Shown: positions 64,000 to 64,000 of the stretch, piece by piece | Layout of the letters: every line of letters starts with the position of its first letter | Position numbering within the stretch: the first letter of the stretch is position 1 | DNA from: a virus | Taxonomy: Duplodnaviria; Heunggongvirae; Uroviricota; Caudoviricetes | Strand: one strand, 5' to 3' | Length of the DNA: 64,000 nucleotides | IMG/VR virus record: IMGVR_UViG_3300027798_000013 | Made by a program: the position numbers and the translations under genes | The notes under the pieces: model-generated | Told to the model about the DNA's origin: nothing | Seen by the model: only the letters and a program-made list of their open reading frames with translations | The model's database searches: none

Positions 64000-64000
64000 A

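Noticed and set aside
1-64000. CRISPR array, tRNA or rRNA genes
   Set aside because: Intergenic gaps are short and explained by promoters or terminators; I saw no spaced direct repeats or cloverleaf/T-loop signatures. A tRNAscan run would be definitive.
1-64000. Alternative genetic code (stop-codon reassignment, seen in some large phages)
   Set aside because: TAA, TAG and TGA all end genes cleanly, with coupled downstream starts, and known proteins are full length in the standard code.

Overview
The window is a 64-kb slice of a large, AT-rich, T4-like/jumbo-type tailed phage genome (standard genetic code), most likely infecting a Gram-negative host given its two-component spanins. Virion structural genes (tail fibre/baseplate-like) lie at both edges and point inward; both edge genes are cut off by the window. 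Between them, in order: a DnaE N-terminal fragment, GroES, clamp loader, dCMP deaminase and PhoH; a lysis cassette (GH19 endolysin, spanins, holin); a DnaJ-Def-ClpA operon; a ~9.5-kb block of probable capsid-internal proteins; DsbA-like protein, family B DNA polymerase, UDP-glucose dehydrogenase and sliding clamp; a long 7-deazaguanine DNA-modification locus (DpdA-like transglycosylase, QueD/DpdL-like T-fold protein, FolE, QueE) interleaved with two dehydrogenases, a GT-B glycosyltransferase, a cupin, a purine phosphoribosyltransferase and a 2OG-Fe(II) oxygenase; RNase H, a MoxR/VWA pair and ThyX; and a minus-strand operon of four GT-A-like proteins. Nine near-consensus sigma70 promoters (all 17-bp spacers) and many TAAATA late-promoter-like motifs are readable. 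The leading novelty candidate is a possibly sugar-hypermodified 7-deazaguanine pathway. Other candidates are a virion-packaged ligase/nucleotidyltransferase/kinase module, twin identical-loop hairpins before the polymerase gene, and a switch-like phoH leader. No tRNA, rRNA or CRISPR array was seen. All family calls come from motif recognition by eye; no database search was run.
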